This document shows positions 59,127 to 64,000 of a stretch of 64,000 bases of DNA, one piece after another. The stretch is taken from positions 2,301,377 through 2,365,376 of the forward strand of contig OZ244839.1 of assembly GCA_965220825.1 (NCBI GenBank), given 5' to 3'. The stretch is from Alphaproteobacteria bacterium (GTDB lineage: Bacteria; Pseudomonadota; Alphaproteobacteria; UBA828). Every line of letters begins with the position of its first letter. The stretch's first letter is position 1. The position numbers and the translations under genes were made by a program. Below the pieces are notes generated by a model. It was not told where the DNA came from, searched no databases, and was given only the letters and a program-made list of their open reading frames with translations.

Positions 59127-59906
59127 ATGTTGGGCAAGCTGGCGAGCATCTGGCGCTATCCCGTCAAGAGCATGCGCGGAGAAGAAGTCGACGAGATTTT
59201 CGTTGCCTTCACCGGCCTGATGGGCGATCGGGTCTATGCGATCGCCTCGACATCCGCGCCGAAGGCGTTTCCCTGGCACACCGCCCGGGAGCAGGAAGAC
59301 CTCGTGCTCTATCAGGCGCGCTACAAGATGCGCGACGGCACGCTGAAACCCGAAAATATGGAAGAGGCGATGGGCCATCCCGCCAATGTGCACGCGCCCT
59401 TCCCAAACGCTTCCGCCTTCGCCGTCGAGGTCGAGACGCCCGACGGCACGGTGCTGGACATCGAGGATCCGGCCTTTCTCGAAGGCCTGAAAGACAAATC
59501 CCGCGGCGATCTGTCACTGCGCTTTACGCAGCGCAGCATCGTCGATTGCCGGCCGGTCACCCTCTTCTCTCTGCAGACCGTCGACCAGCTTGGCGAAGAG
59601 ACCGGCACCGAACTCCACAAGCTGCAGTTCCGCGCCAATCTCTATGTCGATTGGAACGGCAAGCCGGGGTTCTACGAAGACGAGCTGGTCGGCAGGAATA
59701 TCCGAATCGGCGACAAGGTGGAGCTTGCGGTCGTGGAGCGCGACCCGCGCTGCAAGTTCATCACGATCCACCCGGAAACCGCCCAAACGCACCCGGCCCT
59801 TCTGAAGCAGGTGAACAGGGCCCATGGGGGCTTTGCCGGCGTCTATGCCGCCGTGATCAAGGAAGGCCCCGTCAGGGCCGGAGACGCCATCACCCTCGTG
59901 GATTGA
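59127..59906 (+). CDS. MOSC domain-containing protein
   Basis: MLGKLASIWRYPVKSMRGEEVDE beta-barrel start. MOSC C-terminal segment RANLYVD...RCKFITIHPET. Confidence 0.75.
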   Translation: MLGKLASIWRYPVKSMRGEEVDEIFVAFTGLMGDRVYAIASTSAPKAFPWHTAREQEDLVLYQARYKMRDGTLKPENMEEAMGHPANVHAPFPNASAFAVEVETPDGTVLDIEDPAFLEGLKDKSRGDLSLRFTQRSIVDCRPVTLFSLQTVDQLGEETGTELHKLQFRANLYVDWNGKPGFYEDELVGRNIRIGDKVELAVVERDPRCKFITIHPETAQTHPALLKQVNRAHGGFAGVYAAVIKEGPVRAGDAITLVD

Positions 59907-59940
59907 CGCGCCCGAACCGGAACGCCGCGGCCTGGCGGCG

Positions 59941-61593
59941 TCAGGGCGCCATCTGGGGGCCGGCGGCGTTGAGGTCCCGCATGTCCGTCTTCAGATGGAT
60001 CAGGCCCGGGCCGCCGGCGAGCGCCAGCGCCTCTTCCAGCGTCGGCGCGAAGGCGGCGGTCTCCGACACGGTCCAGGCGGCGGCGCCATAGGCGCGGGCG
60101 AGTGCGGCGAAGTCCGGGCTGTTCATGACCGTGCCGTAGAGCGCCTCGCGCCCGCCGCGACGGTACTGGTGGGTGACGATGGAACCGTAGGCGCCGTTGT
60201 CACAGACGATCACGGTGACGGCGAGCTTCTCCTGCACGGCGGCCGCGATCTCCTGCCCCGTCATCAGGAACCCGCCATCGCCGATGAGGGCCACCGCCGG
60301 CCGGTCGGGGCGGGCAAGCTTCGCGCCGACGGCGCCCGGCATGCCGTAGCCCATGGCGCCGGCGCAGGCCGCGATCTGGCTGCCGGGCGCGCGGTAGGGA
60401 TAGTGCCGCTGCAGCCAGCTCGCGAAGGAGCCGGAATCGTTTACCAACACGGCGTCCGGCGGCAGGCGCCGGCCCAGAACGCGGACGATCTCCGCCATGT
60501 CCACGGCGCCGACACAGCGCGCTTCCGCATCACCGCCCGTCTCCCTGTACGCGTCATAGGCCGCGTGGTGGCGGTCGCGCCAGGCGCGGCGTGCCGCGGA
60601 TGGCGCGCCTTGGAGTGCCGCCGCGAGCGCGGCGAGTGCGGGCTTCGTGTCCGCATGGAGCGCCACCGCCGGCCGGGTGCCGGCGAAGGCGGCCTCCTCC
60701 GGATAGATGTGGATGACGGTCTGGTCGCCCCGCAGCAGGGTGTAGCCCTGCAGGGAAAGGCCGTCGGGCCGGGCGCCCGCCAGCACCACCAGATCGCACG
60801 CCGCCCAGTAGCGCTTCTGCCAGGGCGAGAGCGAGAGCCCGAGCTGGCCGAGATTTGCCGGGTGGTCGCACGGCAGCACATCCTGCCGCCGAAAGGCGCA
60901 GACGACGCCGGCCGCCGCCCGTTCGGCGAACGCCGCGAGCGCATCCTCGGCGCCTTCATGGCCGATCAGCTCTCCGCCCACGACGATGGGCCGGGCGGCG
61001 CCTTCGATCAGCCGCGCCGCCCGGGCCACGGCGACGGGCTCCGGCGCGCGCTCGCACCGCGGGCGGCGAGGGGGCGGCGGGCCCTCCCCCGCCTCTCCTT
61101 CCGTCACGTCCTCCGGCAGCACCACGGCCACCGGGCCGGGCCGGCCGTCGATTGCGGTCGCCAGAGCGTCCGCAGCGGCGGTCGCGCAGTCCTCCGGGCG
61201 GAGCACTTCGATCACCTTTTTGGTGAGCGGCCCGAAGGCCCGGGGATAGTCGATCTCCTGGAAGGCCTCCCGCCCCATTTCGCGGGTGGGCACATGGCCG
61301 ATGAAGAGCGCGAGCGGGGTGGAATCCTGTTTCGCCGTGTGCAGCCCGATGGCGGCGTTGGCCGCGCCGGGGCCGCGGGTGACGAAGACGGCGGCGGGGC
61401 GTCCGGTTGCCTTGGCGTAGGCGTCAGCCGCGAAGGCGCAGCCGGATTCGTGGCGCATCAGCACCAGCCTGATCCGCTCCCGATGCCGGCGCAGCGCATC
61501 GAGAACGGTGAGGTAGCTTTCGCCGGGCACGTGGAAGGCCGTGTCCACGCCGTGGGCCGCCAACGTCCGCACCAGGGCTTCGCCGCCGTTCAT
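59941..61593 (-). CDS. Thiamine-pyrophosphate-binding enzyme (acetolactate synthase-like family)
   Basis: [11 protein letters not shown]...[33 protein letters not shown] motif. Start chosen at MNGGEAL, which has a properly spaced GGAGGA RBS. Confidence 0.8.
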   Translation of the reverse strand: MNGGEALVRTLAAHGVDTAFHVPGESYLTVLDALRRHRERIRLVLMRHESGCAFAADAYAKATGRPAAVFVTRGPGAANAAIGLHTAKQDSTPLALFIGHVPTREMGREAFQEIDYPRAFGPLTKKVIEVLRPEDCATAAADALATAIDGRPGPVAVVLPEDVTEGEAGEGPPPPRRPRCERAPEPVAVARAARLIEGAARPIVVGGELIGHEGAEDALAAFAERAAAGVVCAFRRQDVLPCDHPANLGQLGLSLSPWQKRYWAACDLVVLAGARPDGLSLQGYTLLRGDQTVIHIYPEEAAFAGTRPAVALHADTKPALAALAAALQGAPSAARRAWRDRHHAAYDAYRETGGDAEARCVGAVDMAEIVRVLGRRLPPDAVLVNDSGSFASWLQRHYPYRAPGSQIAACAGAMGYGMPGAVGAKLARPDRPAVALIGDGGFLMTGQEIAAAVQEKLAVTVIVCDNGAYGSIVTHQYRRGGREALYGTVMNSPDFAALARAYGAAAWTVSETAAFAPTLEEALALAGGPGLIHLKTDMRDLNAAGPQMAP

Positions 61594-61730
61594 CCTCGCC
61601 ATTCCTCCTCGGTCGTCGCGCGCGTCTGTATACGAGGGCGGCGGCAATGGGGAAATCCCCGCCGGAAGGGGGTGCCCAGGGTCACCGGCCTGTTTGCCGC
61701 TTCACGCCGCCAGCGTGTATTTATCGCCGC

Positions 61731-64000
61731 ATGAGCGGCGGCTGGCAGTTCTGGATCGACCGGGGCGGGACCTTCACCGACGTGGTGGCGCGGAGCCCGG
61801 AGGGTGGGCTCCTCACCCGCAAGCTGCTCTCCGACAACCCCGAGCACTACCGGGACGCCGCGGTCCAGGGCATTCGCGAGGTTTTGGGACTCGCGCCCGG
61901 CGAGCCCGTACGGGGCGTCGATGCCGTCAAGATGGGTACCACCGTCGCAACCAACGCCCTCCTGGAACGCAAGGGCGACCGCACCCTGCTGGTGGTAAAC
62001 CGGGGCTTCCGGGACGCGCTCCGCATCGGCTATCAGGCGCGGCCGCGGCTGTTCGACCTGCACATCGTGCTGCCGGAGATGCTCTACGAGCGGGTGGCCG
62101 AGGTGGAGGGGCGCGTCGCCGCCGACGGCACGGTCCTCGCCCCGCTCGACCGCGCGGGCGCAGAGGCTGCGATGCAGGAAGCCTATGACGACGGCATCCG
62201 TTCCGCCGCCATCGTGCTCATGCACGGCTACCGCTACCCCGACCATGAGAGCGCCCTCGCCGCCATCGCCCGGGAGATCGGCTTCACCCAGATTTCCACG
62301 AGCTACGAGACGAGCCCCCTGATGAAGCTCGTGGGACGCGGGGATACGACCGTGGTGGACGCCTATCTCTCCCCCCTGCTGCGCCGCTATATCGACCGCA
62401 TCGCGTCCGAGCTCGGCGAGGGCACGCGGCTCATGTTCATGCAGTCCAACGGCGGGCTTACGGACGCACGGCGCTTCCAGGGGAAGGACGCGATCCTCTC
62501 CGGGCCCGCCGGCGGCATCGTGGGCGCGGTGGAGACCGCCTCTCGCGCCGGGCGGGAGCGCATCATCTCCTTCGACATGGGCGGCACCTCGACGGACGTG
62601 GCCCATTACGACGGCGCCTATGAGCGCGCCTTCGAGACCCTGGTGGCCGGCGTGCGGATGCGGGCGCCCATGATGGCGATCCACACCGTGGCCGCCGGCG
62701 GCGGCTCGATCTGCTCCTTCGACGGGGCGCGCTACCGGGTCGGCCCGGAATCGGCCGGTGCGGACCCGGGGCCCGCCTGCTACCGCCGCGGCGGCCCGCT
62801 CTGCGTCACCGACTGCAATCTGCTCCTGGGCAAGCTCCGGCCCGAGTTCTTTCCCCGGGTCTTCGGCCCCGGCCAGGACGAGCCGCTCGACCGCGGGATC
62901 GTGGCACGCAAGTTCGAGGCCCTCGCGGCGAAGATCGGCGCGCAGGCCGGCGGCGCCGACGGCACGGCGCCCGACGCGGTGGCGGTGGCGGAGGGCTTCC
63001 TGCGGATCGCGGTCGACAACATGGCCAATGCCATCAAGGCGATCTCCGTGCGCCGGGGCTACGACGTAACCGGCTACACCCTCTCCTGCTTCGGCGGCGC
63101 GGGCGGCCAGCACGCCTGCCTGGTGGCGGACGCCCTCGGCATGACGCGGGTTGCGATTCATCCGCTCGCCGGCGTGCTGTCGGCCTACGGCATGGGCCTC
63201 GCCGATGTGCGCGCCTTGCGCGACCGGGCGGTGGAGCTGCCGCTGGACGATGCGGCCGTTACGGCGCTGGACCGTGCGCTCGATGCGCTCGCGGACGAAG
63301 CCCGCGCCGAACTCGCCGCGCAGGGCATCGCGGAAGAGCGCATGACCGTGCTGCGCCGCGCCCACCTCCGCTATGACGGCACCGACATGCCCGACCTGGT
63401 GGAGGCGGGGAGCGCGGACGAAATGAAGGCCCGTTTCGAGGAGGCCCACCGGCGGCGCTACGGCTTCGCCATGCCGGAGAAAGGGCTCGTGATCGAGGCG
63501 GCCTCGGTGGAAGCGGTGGGCGCCATGGAAACGGCGGCAGACGCTTTCGCACCCGCCGGCGGCGCACCAACGCCGCGCGCGCGCGGCGGAGGGCCGGAGC
63601 CCGTCGCGCGCGCCGGCGTGTGGTTCGCGGGCGAGGAGCGCGAGACCCCGATCTACCGGCGCGAGGCGCTCGCCGCGGGAGATAGGTTGGCGGGGCCCGC
63701 TATCCTCCTCGAAGCCACGGCCACCACCGTGGTGGAGCCCGGCTGGCGCGCATGCATGGAGGCGGACGGCACGCTCGCGCTCGAGCGCGCGGCGCCGCTC
63801 ATGCGCGCCTCGGCGGCGGGCACGGACAGCGACCCGGTGATGTTGGAAGTCTTCAACAACCGCTTCATGTCCATCGCCGAGCAGATGGGGCTCACCCTCG
63901 AGAACACCGCCCATTCGGTGAACATCAAGGAGCGGCTGGACTTCTCCTGCGCGCTCTTCGATCCGGACGGAATGCTGGTCGCCAACGCGCCTCATATCCC
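61731..64000 (+). CDS. oplAH: Fused 5-oxoprolinase/hydantoinase (HyuA-HyuB fusion, OplAH-like); partial, runs off the window
   Basis: The hand translation from 61731 gives [40 protein letters not shown]... (HyuA part). Near 63830 it gives ...[44 protein letters not shown] (start of the HyuB part). Not in the ORF track because no stop is reached. Confidence 0.85.
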   Translation, partial: MSGGWQFWIDRGGTFTDVVARSPEGGLLTRKLLSDNPEHYRDAAVQGIREVLGLAPGEPVRGVDAVKMGTTVATNALLERKGDRTLLVVNRGFRDALRIGYQARPRLFDLHIVLPEMLYERVAEVEGRVAADGTVLAPLDRAGAEAAMQEAYDDGIRSAAIVLMHGYRYPDHESALAAIAREIGFTQISTSYETSPLMKLVGRGDTTVVDAYLSPLLRRYIDRIASELGEGTRLMFMQSNGGLTDARRFQGKDAILSGPAGGIVGAVETASRAGRERIISFDMGGTSTDVAHYDGAYERAFETLVAGVRMRAPMMAIHTVAAGGGSICSFDGARYRVGPESAGADPGPACYRRGGPLCVTDCNLLLGKLRPEFFPRVFGPGQDEPLDRGIVARKFEALAAKIGAQAGGADGTAPDAVAVAEGFLRIAVDNMANAIKAISVRRGYDVTGYTLSCFGGAGGQHACLVADALGMTRVAIHPLAGVLSAYGMGLADVRALRDRAVELPLDDAAVTALDRALDALADEARAELAAQGIAEERMTVLRRAHLRYDGTDMPDLVEAGSADEMKARFEEAHRRRYGFAMPEKGLVIEAASVEAVGAMETAADAFAPAGGAPTPRARGGGPEPVARAGVWFAGEERETPIYRREALAAGDRLAGPAILLEATATTVVEPGWRACMEADGTLALERAAPLMRASAAGTDSDPVMLEVFNNRFMSIAEQMGLTLENTAHSVNIKERLDFSCALFDPDGMLVANAPHI

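Overview
GC-rich (~68-70%) chromosomal segment from an alphaproteobacterium. The gltD-gltB order and the hisS-prfA-prmC-DUF4167-clpB synteny are reminiscent of Rhodospirillales/Azospirillum-like genomes. Most of the window is densely packed housekeeping and catabolic genes: clpB (partial), prfA/prmC, hisS, a RodZ-like protein, gltDB, uppP, an elongator tRNA(CAU), typA, dusA and modABC. There are two PotABCD/PotFGHI-type ABC importers, two SDRs, three separate ATP-dependent hydantoinase/oxoprolinase (HyuA/HyuB) sets, a D-hydantoinase, and two isochorismatase-family hydrolases. Four things do not fit an ordinary core region. (1) An IS-derived MITE-like repeat is present in three copies. Each carries imperfect ~21-bp terminal inverted repeats, a 23-bp perfect internal hairpin and a transposase C-terminal tail remnant. 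Two copies flank the ubiH-family gene in inverted orientation. (2) A two-gene module sits inside a Pot-type importer/SDR operon: a 99-aa orphan followed by a ~750-aa LamG-like protein resembling the N,N-dimethylformamidase large subunit. (3) A ~1.7-kb low-GC islet carries an overlapping DUF433-like/PIN-like (DUF5615-like) toxin-antitoxin-type pair. (4) A split ComD/ComE-type TPP decarboxylase is co-directional with a TetR regulator. All protein calls come from reading the supplied translations. Several long ORFs in the track are antisense or read-through artefacts of the high GC content and were trimmed or discarded.
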